A DNA stretch of 64,000 nucleotides from Antedon mediterranea. Lineage: Eukaryota > Animalia > Echinodermata. A program made the translations under genes and the position numbers. The stretch is taken from assembly GCF_964355755.1 (NCBI RefSeq), contig NC_092680.1, positions 9,114,001 through 9,178,000 of the forward strand. Reading direction: 5' to 3'. Below, in pieces: positions 26,101 through 37,600 of this stretch. The notes below the pieces were generated by a model. It worked only from the letters and a program-made list of their open reading frames with translations, was not told where the DNA came from and did not search any database. Position 1 is the first letter of the stretch; each line of letters opens with the position of its first letter.

Positions 26101-26121
26101 CGTCATCCGTTTTTTCAGTAG
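17159..26121 (+). CDS. FST: Follistatin (TGF-beta/activin/BMP antagonist), 6 coding exons, about 404 aa
   Basis: Exons 17159-17225 (signal peptide MNLLKHSIMLAMFLYNMITTSS), 18918-19121 (N-domain GDCYELYKPDTKGCYDRILTNITKKDCCALEG...WTETD...IFRLWF...PDCKPCK, aligns to human GNCWLRQ...EECC...SWTEED...LFKWM...PNCIPCK), 23954-24178 (FS1), 24824-25039 (FS2), 25149-25373 (FS3), 25844-26121 (tail, TAG stop). All introns are GT-AG and phase 1; the total of 1215 nt is in frame. The one-domain-per-exon layout is the canonical follistatin structure. Confidence 0.93.
17512..17890 (+). repeat. Local tandem duplication of about 190 bp spanning a SINE/MITE junction
   Basis: tcatacacg...gacaagcgagac occurs at about 17512-17700 and about 17702-17890 with few mismatches. 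Confidence 0.85.
17816..18350. mobile_element. Nested cluster of three PIF/Harbinger-like MITEs
   Basis: TIR AGC(T/G)TGGTTCCCACTAG copies at 17816, 17921-18115 and 18154-18350, with TAA/TTA flanks. Confidence 0.7.
18918..19121 (+). CDS. FST: Follistatin exon: N-terminal (TB-like) domain
   Basis: Acceptor ttctccaacag at 18917, donor gtaagt at 19122; 6 Cys including the CC pair and a conserved W-T-E. Not in the ORF track. Confidence 0.9.
21970..23302 (+). repeat. Tandem satellite, about 131-135 bp unit, about 10 copies
   Basis: The unit aagtgatctttaattggaagaggaccagtacaattact...ggtcgctaattggaggtg recurs about every 132 nt; 22235-22620 and 22766-23150 are nearly identical (higher-order repeat). 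Confidence 0.9.
23591..23739. mobile_element. Small palindromic MITE with CACGG..CCGTG ends and CCGG flanks
   Basis: The arms cacggttccgg...cgaacgtcaatgtttcgtttt and aaaacgaaacattaacgttcg...ccggaaccgtg are inverted; CCGG occurs at 23587-90 and 23740-43. Confidence 0.55.
23954..24178 (+). CDS. FST: Follistatin exon: FS domain 1 (FOLN + Kazal)
   Basis: VNCDDVDCGPDKKCKMKNGRPRCVC...GPVCGTDDNTY...C...C...IAYYGVC; 10 Cys; a basic segment matches the position of the heparin-binding sequence of vertebrate FS1. Confidence 0.93.
24824..25039 (+). CDS. FST: Follistatin exon: FS domain 2
   Basis: SCDHVTCPNGRYCIQDRNHRPHCVEC...VCGSDNISYESKCHLQLHSC...RC; acceptor ttttcag at 24823, donor gtaggt at 25040. 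Confidence 0.9.
25149..25373 (+). CDS. FST: Follistatin exon: FS domain 3
   Basis: TCEFTSCMDGKKCVDTPDGAECVTC...VCGSDNVTYVDRCALMTESC...SC; acceptor ttttag at 25148, donor gtaagt at 25374. Confidence 0.9.
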
Positions 26122-28001
26122 GGAAAACAGTAGGCCTATATATGGAACTTTGGATATCAAATAAGGCTATAAACACAAAGGTACATATTTGGAACAAGTT
26201 CCATTTATCGCACATTTACGTCACTGATAAATTGTCAGTTATCAAGACGTTGTTGATGCATTCTCTACGGTTCACTCGAGAGATTCCTCCTCCCCTTTCT
26301 ATCTTGAGCTATCCACAGCATTATTTTATTTGTACAGTATATATTATAATCTCGAATTGTATCTTTTTCTGAGAATGGGATGCACTTACCTCCTCATAGT
26401 GCCAAATATTAGTATGAGCGTACATGCGCGCATGCCTACAAACCAGTTAGTGGTTTGCCCCCGCCTGCGTGAAATCAAATCTGCGATATTTGCAGCATTG
26501 TTGCGTCGTCGGTTCCCACTTGTGATTACGCAATACAGCTGCGTTGCGTTGCGTCGCTAGTGCGAACCACGCTTTAGGATTTAGCATCCCAATTCAAAAC
26601 TTCATAGTCAACAATCACTAGCAACTTGGAGTTTGCTAATAAAGTTTGCTAGTGTAGACTTTTATTTTGCTTTCTGCAGTTTGCCGAAGGTAATTAAAAT
26701 GGTCTACGCAAGAAACATCGAGGAACAAAGGAAAGAGAGTTAAATATTCAGTTCCGAATTTTGAAATAGTTTGTAAAGATTATTTTTTATTAAGATTTTG
26801 CTTAAATTAAGTTTATTTAGGTTTTGTATATTGCAGGTTAAATCTTGAAATTATAGAGTTCATATCTATTTTGTGAGTAATTATTAGCAGTTCCGTAAAT
26901 TGAAATACTGAAAAGGTAATGAAGTCTAATACCGGTACCAAAAAAGGGGTAATTTAAGCGCTCACAACCTGAACGAAAAACTTGACAAAATGCATAGAGC
27001 GACAGAGGGAGTGCTATTTAATATTTCGGTTCATATTTGTAACTCGAGTTTTTTACGAGCTTTTGTGATGCCACCAATATATCGCAAGCCACATAATAAA
27101 AACTGAACATTAAATTTACGTATGAAAGTACACAATCCAAGTATACAACTTAATACTTTTGCCATTACCTTTCACGATTCATTGAACAAAATAATGTTAT
27201 CAAAAATATGCATCAATATATAAATAAAATTCTTTATCAAATCAAAATGACAAAATAAAATACAGTATTATGAATTAAATATCTAATTTTCTGTGTTAGA
27301 ATGTCGCTCTAATTTTTAAAACAATATTTTGGCCTTAATAAGCATAATCTTTATCATAGCGATAATGACAAAGAGATATATATGATCTTTTTTTAAATGA
27401 CTCACTTATGTGAATTACTTTAACAACAAAATATAAGAATGATTCGAATGCCCATTTTTATTTATATTTATAATATTTATGAGGTAGAAATAGAATATAA
27501 AATATGTGTTATTCCTTTTAAAATCAATGTACAGTTATCAATAAATAAAAAGATTTTACAAGGTTATAATGAGTTATAATTCATTTTTTACCGATTAATA
27601 TTTTTTTCCCGAAGGCAGAACATTTACTGTTTTAATGTATTCATCAGTTACAGCAGATTGTATCCGTGTTGAGTATTAGTACTAAAGAGTCTAAATGTAT
27701 TTTAAAATTACTAATTATCTATAAGACCATTTAGATTTTAACAGTTGGGGCTGTCACATCACATTTTGTAAGGACGTCGGGTTGTTTCTCCTTTTTGATA
27801 TCCATACTTGAGTATAATTATCTACCTGAGTTAACAACAGTCTCTCTCACCTGTGTATATAATATGTCTGAGGTCAATAAACAGACTGGTTAGTCTTTCC
27901 CTCTATGATACACGAGTTCTATACCCAAGTTCAAATACTAAACATTTTCTGTTCCGATTAAAGTAATTTTGTGTATATTAATACTTCAATGAAATCGTTT
28001 T

Positions 28002-28148
28002 TCATACTTCATCTTCTGCGGAATCGTTCATTTTTTGTATAAATTCCACCACTTCATCTGAAGCTGTGCAGTCGTTGGCTAAGACAAATGCTATGTGTTC
28101 CTCTTCATGTGAATGGTCGTATCTATCGATTGAGTTTCCATCGACATC
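28002..28148 (-). CDS. Candidate additional C-terminal exon of RTK copy 1
   Basis: Acceptor tgttttgttttag at 28149; 48 open codons DVDGNSIDRYDHSHEEEHIAFVLANDCTASDEVVEFIQKMNDSAEDEV* in phase 0, with coding-like composition. The upstream donor is uncertain. Confidence 0.4.
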   Translation of the reverse strand, partial: DVDGNSIDRYDHSHEEEHIAFVLANDCTASDEVVEFIQKMNDSAEDEV

Positions 28149-28663
28149 CTAAAACAAAACATATTTTATTTAATTCATTTACATTAATTCATCGTTGCCT
28201 GTACCATTTTACAGTGTCGAGAATTCATACGTCAATCATTAAGATTTAAGATTTTAACCTAAGATCATTGTTTTAACAGAAGAATTATTTATAAAAATGA
28301 CTTAAAAGTCAGAAACCAAGATCTTGCATAAAAATCTCTTTAATAAGCTAACATATTCGTGTTAGACAAACAAGTCAGATATTAAAAACGTATGTTTATT
28401 TAATATGATTCTAGAAAAGATAGGCCTATCGAAATCTGTGTTTTAGATCTAAACACATTCAGATACCGTAAAACCTCGAAAAGAAGTCCATGCTTGGGTG
28501 GGCTTCTTTTTAAGATGGGCTTCTTCGAAGTTTTATCTAGGAAGGCACAGTAGTAGGTCTATCACGATCTCAAGAACCGAGAAGAAGCTACTCATCTCGC
28601 AGATCGAACAACTGCACATTATTCAGTGAGGGCAGTATTTTATGTTTACTTAGGTTGTTTACA

Positions 28664-31600
28664 TTATCGAGCAATACTTTCCTGGATCACATTCGTTATT
28701 GCGCATGTGTCAGTTTCTAAATAATCTGAATCCATTTCAAGCAGTTTGTCAAACATCAAAAATAAGTCGTTAAATGTTGGTCGCTGATTAGGAATAGCTT
28801 TCCAACATTCTAGCATAATTTCATATCTGAAGAAATAAAAAAAGAATGTGAGTAAGAACATATATGCATTTCGTTGGTCATCATAACCTACTAGATAATA
28901 TGGCATTTTCGTATATAAGCAATTAGCCTAACAATTTGTTTTAAGATATAAATGGGTGATTATGGTATATTATAATAGAAATATTACATGTGTACTGGAC
29001 ATTCGTCAGGCCTCTCCATTCTGTACCCAGTTGTAAGTTTTTGAATGACAGAAGATGCGTCCATTTCAGGATAAGGCATTCCTCCATTTGTGTAAATCTC
29101 ATATAATACAATTCCAAACGACCATCTAAAAGATTACAAAACACTGTTAGTCTACTGCAACGCTCTTGTTCGTATAAGCTTTAAAGTGTATAATTTTATT
29201 TTGATACGCTTCTAAAATTCTGCCCCAACGTAACGTAACGACGCAACGCAAAAATATTCTTCATATGCATATTCATCTTACGAAAAGTTGACTATTATGA
29301 CATACGAAAATAAAAAGCATAAACGGTGTTCGGTTCGCACTTATGACACTCCAGGTTATGTTCTACACCGTTGCGTTGCGTCTAAAGCTTGGTTCCCACT
29401 AGAACGTAACGCAAGGACGTAAACGCAACGCAAGCGTTTTAACCAATGACAAGCGAAGTTATATACTGTACAGTTAGCAATCACAAGCGAATAAAGCCAT
29501 CGCTTGTGATTGGTCAATTCACTTGCGTTGTGTTACGTCCTTGTGTTCCGTCGCTAGTGAGAACCACGCTTTAGAGTGGGAACCAAGCATGTTTCGTTGG
29601 TTCCCGGTGTTATGATTTATACAATTCTGAAACGTGTACGTAATACATTAAAACTTACACATCGCTCTTAATTGTGCATTTACCCTCTACGTTTGTCTCC
29701 AAACTGACCCATTTGATTGGACGCTTCTTCTCCGGAGCAAGACGTTTGTATCCGCTCTGATAAATATCATCAGCCAATCCAAAGTCGGATATCTTTACTA
29801 TCATTCCTGTTCCTACTAAAACATTGCGGGCTGCCAAATCACCATGGTAATATCTCGTTTTTGATAAGTAGTCCTAGAATCAATTTTATATATTTAAAAG
29901 TGGTTTTGAATGTATTTACAGTATTTAGGTATTCAAACAAGTTTACCCTCAGCCTCTATTGCTCGATAGATAGGAATACATTAGGTCTAAATATATCACA
30001 CCCAAACCAGTCCAAATGTTTTTCAGTGATTTTCCGATTTATAATATAAACCCGTGGTCTTGTCTGAGGCGCCATCCAATCCTCAAATCCTCTATCCAAT
30101 TTTCAAAAAAATGTGAATGAAATGAAAATGTTAATGATTTTTATTTACCATGCCTCTTGCGATTTGTCTTGCAATTTGTATTCGATTTTCCTCTTTCAGG
30201 TCGTAAATTGGATCTTCTATTGCAAATTTTGGCTGTGAAAACGTTAGTGAAAAAGTTAAAATATATGAAGTAGGCCTAGGTCCTATATTATAGTATTTTC
30301 ATAATACATTAGTTTACCCCTTCAACCACTTTACCCACTTGAACATGATCTACCTGGGGGATGGGAATAACATTGAGCATGTTCACATGACACATACATT
30401 ATAATATATAATACCTGTACTCTAAAACGCCGTTCCGCAACCATGTTTGGGTCCCGAAAAAATTGATGGGTCGCGAAATTGTTTCCGATACTGAAACTTT
30501 TTACTGATCTATAATAAATGTGAAATGTTCTCAGTTTTATAAAATCTACAACACTGATTACATTTTACAACTACAGTTTTCTATGACGCGGTGAGTCCGT
30601 AGCGTACACAACACACAATTATGAATCGACGACGGAGCAATAGACGCTATTGACGCATAGTTCGTTATTAATATACAAGTGGAGAATCTCCTTTTAAGAC
30701 GTGGATTAAATAACCTACCAACTGGTTCTACGACGCTATTTTTCTGTAGTTTGCAAAGAAGTGTGTAACTTGACTGAAAAACTGCGAAATTGATATACCG
30801 GTGGTGGGAACTTTTACAATAAACATTAGAATAATAGAAAGAACAATATAAACAGGTCCATCTCAAATTACACTCATAGCGATGTTGTTCAGGCCCTAGT
30901 CAGGAGAAATCAAGAGAGAACCCCTTGACGTTAGCATTGAACGCAAATATGTGTCATTTAACAAAATTCGCTTTGCCACAGGCCCCACCATGGATAATTT
31001 GTGTATTTTTGATGTGCTGGCAACAGGCTGCGGGTGGCAAAATGCATGGCCCCATTTAATAGAGTTTACTATAACGATAGTGATTATGTATGCATCATGA
31101 ATATGTATATTAATATGACGGTAGAAATCGCAAAGATTGCTTACCTATTTCCTAAATTAACTTAACTTTCTCAATATCTTTCAAAATAAAATAAAAACAA
31201 TATTTATTTCATTAAAAAAAATATTTAAAAAATCCGCAGAGTTTCGAACAAGATAGCGCTTAGAGTATTCGAACAGAGCATTACCTGTTACGCCACAAAG
31301 TACATGACTGAGCAGACAATAGTCTATTTATACGTACTTCATATTACGTAATTCATCGTTACGTCATAAATATATTTATGACCGTAAAAGCTAGTATAAA
31401 CCTGTTTATATTCAAGATGACCGGTTAGCTCAGTCGGCTGAGCAGCGTCGTGTTAATAGCACGGATGTCATGGGTTCGAACCCCATGCTGGTCGTGGTGG
31501 AAGTTTCAAGCTATGGAGCTACTGTGTTTGGGTTTTTACAGAATCATACGTCCCCATTTCCACCACACAAGCAAGTCAATGCATCTGGTGATGCCGTGGA

Positions 31601-34600
31601 AACGACAAAATGTCTCTGCCACATCATTGAGGTCGTTTCCACGACATTACCAGATGTAGGGAAAGGACACTATGGTAATAGTACTGGGTCACTTAAGTTT
31701 TGGTTCAGTCAGTGTTTTTTTTCTGTGGATTCGATCTCGTAAATTGTATGCTTAGCGCCATCAATTTCAAGAACACAAGGTACATGTCAGCAAATTAGGA
31801 ACAAATTTAGAACATTGTAAAGATGATGCCGATGGGTGTTACTGTAAGATCAAATACGCATAGTCCAGGAGTAATAGACAAAAAAAGGGCCAAAGGTAGA
31901 AATAAATATGCTAAAGCTGAATTTTTCAGGATAGGTCCCCAATGTTGTCTGGAACAACATACTAAAAGTCCCCGGGTTTCCCCGTTGTGCTTCAACCTGA
32001 TTGGGCCATTTTTCAAAATGGCGGCTATCTTAACATTATTTACCATATTTTGACAACCAGTAGGTGTAAGTAAACAATTTTGGTGTCAAAATACTCAAAA
32101 GACCAATATTTATATTCACTGTAATGGAGAAGTTTTTAAAAAAATGACCGGAAATGCCTGTTTTGACCTTTGACCATAAATTTGGATTATCTCAATATCT
32201 CATCAACGACTGGCCGTAGAGAGTTCAAAATTGTCCCAAATTATTCAAATTGCCCAACTTTCTATTCACTCTAATGAAAGAACAATACTAAATTCCTTTA
32301 GAAACCTTCTATTCTGACCTTTGAACTATTGACCTAAGCATATTTTAATTTTATAGACATCTTGGTGATCGATACGAGTACATAAGCGAAATTGGTGTCA
32401 AAATACTCAGAAGACCCATATTTATATTCATTATAATGGAAAAGTTTTTAAAAAATGACCGGAAATGCATGTTTTGAACTTTGACCCTAAATTTGGATTA
32501 TCTCAATATCTCATCAACGACTGGCCGTAGAAACTTCAAAGTTGTCCCAAATTATTCGGAATGCCCAACTTTCTATTTACTTTAATGAAAGAAAAATACC
32601 AAAAACCTTTAGTAACCTTCTATTTTGACCTTTGAACTATTGACGTAGGCATATTTATTTTAATAGACATCTTGGTGATCGATAGGATACAAAATTGGTT
32701 TCAAAATTTATAACTTTGATCCTAAATTTGGGTTATCTCAATACCGCATATCATCTGCTGGCCGTAGAGACTTCAAAATTGTCCTAAATTAAGCAGTGTG
32801 CCCAACTCTCTATTCACTGTAGTTAAAGAAAAATACTAAAAGCCTTTAGAAACCACCTATTTTGCCATTTGAACTATTGATCTGGCCAATACAATATTTT
32901 ATATCATAATTATATAGAAATCTTGGTGATCGATAGGAATACATAAGCGAATTTGTTGTCAAAATATTCCAAAACAACCATGTTTTTTTACCTTTGACTA
33001 TAATCACTACATTATAATTTAATAGTTTAAGTCCCAAATAGCATGATGGACCGTATCATACAATTCATCATGCCATGAGATGTCAAATTTATCTGAAACA
33101 GCCTAGAAAAATGTCCGATGGACGAATAATAATATTCATCAATATAGATATGAGGCCATAATTTCAGGTATCAAAGGGTCACAATGTGTCATTTGACAAA
33201 TCACCTAAATAATAAAATACAATATGAAACTCTTACAAATCTATCAAGATGGATTATAAAGAAATTGTCACTGTAAAGTTGTTATGGTCTTCAACAGATT
33301 TTCATGCCCTTATTTTATTAACCATCATAATTATAGTCCTGAAGTATTTTCGATTTTTAGAGAATTTTGATTAGAAAAAATACAGAGAAAAATGTTCACA
33401 TCTTAAAGATAAATGCAATAATTCTTTTAAAATTAAATTGCATCATATCAGATAAGAATCGGAGGTATGACTAGAGCCTAAAATGAGACTTAGACTGAGA
33501 CCTTGATAAATGGTTGGGTGGGTGACTATGTACAGTGTGCAGTTTTAGACAATTTAAAAAATGTTATAAGATGAATTATGTACTCCAGACCTATATACAA
33601 AAAGAAATGTAATAGTGCAGCTCAATTGAAAAAAAAACAATTTTACCAATAAGTGTGTGTCAAATCAACCAGTAGTGGTCTCTGCTATATATTAAATGGC
33701 ACTGCCGAAGAGGAAACATTTCAGAATTGGTGTAGCTCCAAAGTTTAAACATGGACATTAGCCATATAGAGAAGGCGTGGCATTTTTTGGAGGACTAATT
33801 TCTAACCGTAATATTTCAAGAATAAATAAATAATAAAATTTGTTTGGTTACTAATGAATAAAAGAAGTGAAAACAGGCTAAAGCCCAAACAGACAGTAAA
33901 ATTTATCATATATATATAGTTTAAAATTGGGGCTTGGTTTGTCTGTTTAGCATCTGAGCAATTTGGAATGAATTTTACCTCTCATGGCAATGGCCATACT
34001 GATGAATTGTTAGATTCTGTCTATCTTTATGTCAACTTAAATTTAACTTTTTGCATCTAAGCCCTCCCTCTGGAGAGCACTGGCTATTGTCGGTTTATAC
34101 AGGTAAGCTAGACACGAAATAAGACTAATTCTCATTAAAATGTAATGATTAAGGTCAAAGGTCAAAACACTTTCAATCGCATTTAGTACATTATTTATAT
34201 AAGAGTAAACACAAACATGAGTGTTTTGGAGTATTTTGACACCAAATTCCCTTATGTAATTCCTATCGATCACCAAGATTTCTATACAATTTTGGTATAA
34301 AATATGACCAGATCAAGGGTTCAAAGGTCAAAATAGAAGGTTTCTAAAGGAATTTGGTATTTTTTTTTCATTAAAGTGAATAGAAATTTGGGCATTCCGA
34401 ATAATTTGGGACAACTTTGAAGTCTCTACGGCCAGTCGTTGATGAGATATTGAGATAATCCAAATTTAGGGTCAAAGTTCAAAACATGCATTTCCGGTCA
34501 TTTTTTAAAAACCTTTCCATTACAATGAATATAAATATGGGTCTTCTGAGTATTTTGACACAAATTTCGCTTGTGTACTCCTATCGATCACCAAGATGTC

Positions 34601-37600
34601 TATAAAATTAAAATATGTCTAGGTCAATAGTTCAAAGGTCAAAATAGAAGGTTTCTAAAGGAATTTGGTATTTTTCTTTCATTAAAGTGAATAGAAAGTT
34701 GGGCATTCTGAATAATTTGGGACAACTTTGAAGTCTCTACGGCCAGTCATTGATGAGATATTGAGATAATCCAAATTTAGGGTCAAAGGTTAAAACATGC
34801 ATTTCTGACCATTTTTTGTTAAACTTTATCATTACAGTGAATATAAATATGGATCTTCTGAGTATTTTGACACCAAGATTGTTTACTTACACCTACTGGT
34901 TGTCAGCATATGGTAAATAATTTTAAGATGGCCGCCATTTTGAAAAATGGCCCAATCGGGTTGAAGCACAACAGGGAAACCCGGGGACTTTTAGTATGTT
35001 GTTTCAGACAACATTAGGGACCTATCCTGAAAAATTCAGCTTTAGCATATTTATTTCTACCTCAAAGTCTAATACTCCTGGACTAGCAATGTTGGGTCTC
35101 GAAATTCCCAAAATAGGATCTTGGGGTCGCGGTTATAAAAGGTTACGGAACGCTGGTCTGAAATTCACTTAACTCACATCGGACTTTTATAAGGCTGTTG
35201 TATTGTTTGTTACAATAATTCTTTGCGTATGCTACTGAATTTGAGTAAATTCTGTAGTGCTTCTGAAATGTTTGTTAATTTTAGTGTTTCTAGTTTTGCT
35301 AAATTTATTTACTTACCTAATACTCACAGACGAGGCTTATTGAAATTCAAGAAAATCGGTTCATTATTAACTTCACAAAAAACATAAAAAAATTGTATTT
35401 TTTTAACATGGGCTAAAATATCAACATGCGCCCTCTGTGGCAATATTGTGTCAAGTACTTCAATCAGTTTCTGAGTGCTTTCATTTTACATTGTTTGTTA
35501 CCTGGCATCTCTGCAAAAAGTGAAGCAGGTCTCCGTACCGCATATACTCTGTAATCAAATAGTATGGTTCCTTCAGTGTACAACACCCCAATACACTTAG
35601 TATATTTGCATGATTGCCTATGTCATCGATCAATCTTATTTCGTCAAGGAAATCCTCTTTCATGGCTTGCGATGCATTTGCTGAGAAATTAATTGCAAAA
35701 TAAACAAATTAAACATTTAATTTCTATACTTATAGGGAGACACGAGTGTGTACTATGTTAAGTTGCCTAGTAATCAATTTAAAGATTTTAATCATAGAGC
35801 ATATAGAATAGTAGGCCTGTTTAAACAATAGAGCAACGAACGAAACGGTGTTTTATTGCTGTATGTTTAACGCTTTGTTTCCACAGGACGCATGGACGTA
35901 AGTGCAAGGCAAGTCATGTACCAATAACAAGCGACTATTCGAATACCGATTGACACGGGCCAACTCGCTTGTGTTGCGTTAACGTCCTTGCGTTTCGTAC
36001 TAGTGTGAACTAGGACTTATACACACAGTAATGTTAAGCAGTCTTATCCCAAGTTATTAGATAATAGGCCTACATAAAATAGTATTTAATTAATTCTTTT
36101 ACTAGAGAATTAATTAAAATCACTAACAAGTATAATAGTAAATTTTAAGTGTAGGCCATCTTATCGCGCCGCGGCTTAGGCCAGCTATATTCCAAGAGGG
36201 TATAAGCATTCAGTTATCACACGTAAAGCTTTTACTTGCTACAGCTGACAGAAATGAGAATTTGTAAACTCGACTTATTTTATAGGTCCATGCTTGAGGA
36301 CCCAAATCACGTCTGGGAAAAGAGAGTCTATGAGATTTATGTACCTTACAGAAATGAGAATTTGTAAACTCGACTTATTTATAGATCCATCGAGGGCCCA
36401 AAGCACGTCTGGGAAAAGAGAGTCTATGAGATTTATGTACCTTACAGAAATGAGAATTTATAAACTCTGAATAATGATAATATAATAAATCATTATTTCT
36501 GAAGAAAGAACAATAATTAAAACTGTCAACAAGTCGCGCGGCGTTTTTTCAAAGAAATATTTCTTGTTTTAAAATTGAAATCAATCTGAAATATGTGTGG
36601 TTTATCAGCTCATTATATTGACCACGATCCCCCAACGTTTGTTATTCCATGTTTTATCAAATTTACATTCTTTATTAATTAGTATTTGTCTTACATTTTA
36701 AGCACTTTACCGCAACTTGGACATAATCGACTCCTCCATCAATTCCTAGAGCGTAACCTTTATAAACAATACCAAACTGGCCGCTGCCGAGAACCTCTTC
36801 GAGTTTTAGGAGATGTCGACCAAACTCCAAATCTCCGTATTCACTTTCCTTTAAGTATTCTTCAATATCTGAGTCACAAAAAAGTAATTCATGTTTGTGT
36901 TTTTTTTTTATATACAAAATCTTCCGAGCAATAGCTGAGGAAGAGGTATTGTCAACATACTTCACCCCGTTGTTCAATGCAGAAAAAAAGATTATTAAAT
37001 TATTTAGTTTTATTAAATATCAAAGTGGTACAGTACTATTTTCATCTTTAAACATTTTTTTAAAATTCTCTACCTTTCAATGCGTTTACATGTCAATGCG
37101 TTTACAGTCAATACGTTCTTTCAATGCGTTTACATGTCCATGTGGTAAAGTTTACAAAAAGTATTTACTATTATTTTACGCACTAAAATTATTCGTTGAT
37201 AGTTGAAAATAATACTGTACTGCTGTAGTTCAGTCGACATTTTGTTCAGCTGTAGAAAAAACGACATTATGGTGTTCGTGTGAGCTTGTTTAAAAATACA
37301 TTTTACAATATGGTGTGTTAGGTAATATCATATCTCATTATCTCACCGCTGCCATAATGAACAATACAAACATACAGGAGACGTTTGTTGACCCTTACCT
37401 TGAATAATTTATTATAACATTCTATTTTAAAACTGTCTGTAACCAGAATAAATGGATTACCCAACAACAAGAATCAATTTGCATTTATTAATCAATAAAG
37501 TTTGCTCACAAATGTGAGACTAATGATAGCTTACAAAGCTAAACAAACATTTTGTCGACTAAGATTATTTATTAGACAAATAATCATTCATTAAGAAATA

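Larger units (their letters stand above)
30428..35155. mobile_element. hAT-like non-autonomous element carrying nested inserts
   Basis: 15-bp imperfect TIRs (cgccgttccgcaacc / ggttacggaacgctg) with subterminal GGGTCGCG motifs; 8-bp flanks ctctaaaa/gtctgaaa resemble an NTCTAGAN-type target duplication. The paralogous intron has the empty site (about 54750). Confidence 0.55.

Noticed and set aside
31450-34276. ORFs inside the long-TIR element and the tRNA region
   Set aside because: Short, with no DDE transposase signature; chance frames in repeats.
36686-37206. Plus-strand ORFs antisense to RTK exons (also 29717, 55958, 62686)
   Set aside because: Shadow frames of real minus-strand exons, conserved only because of the duplication.
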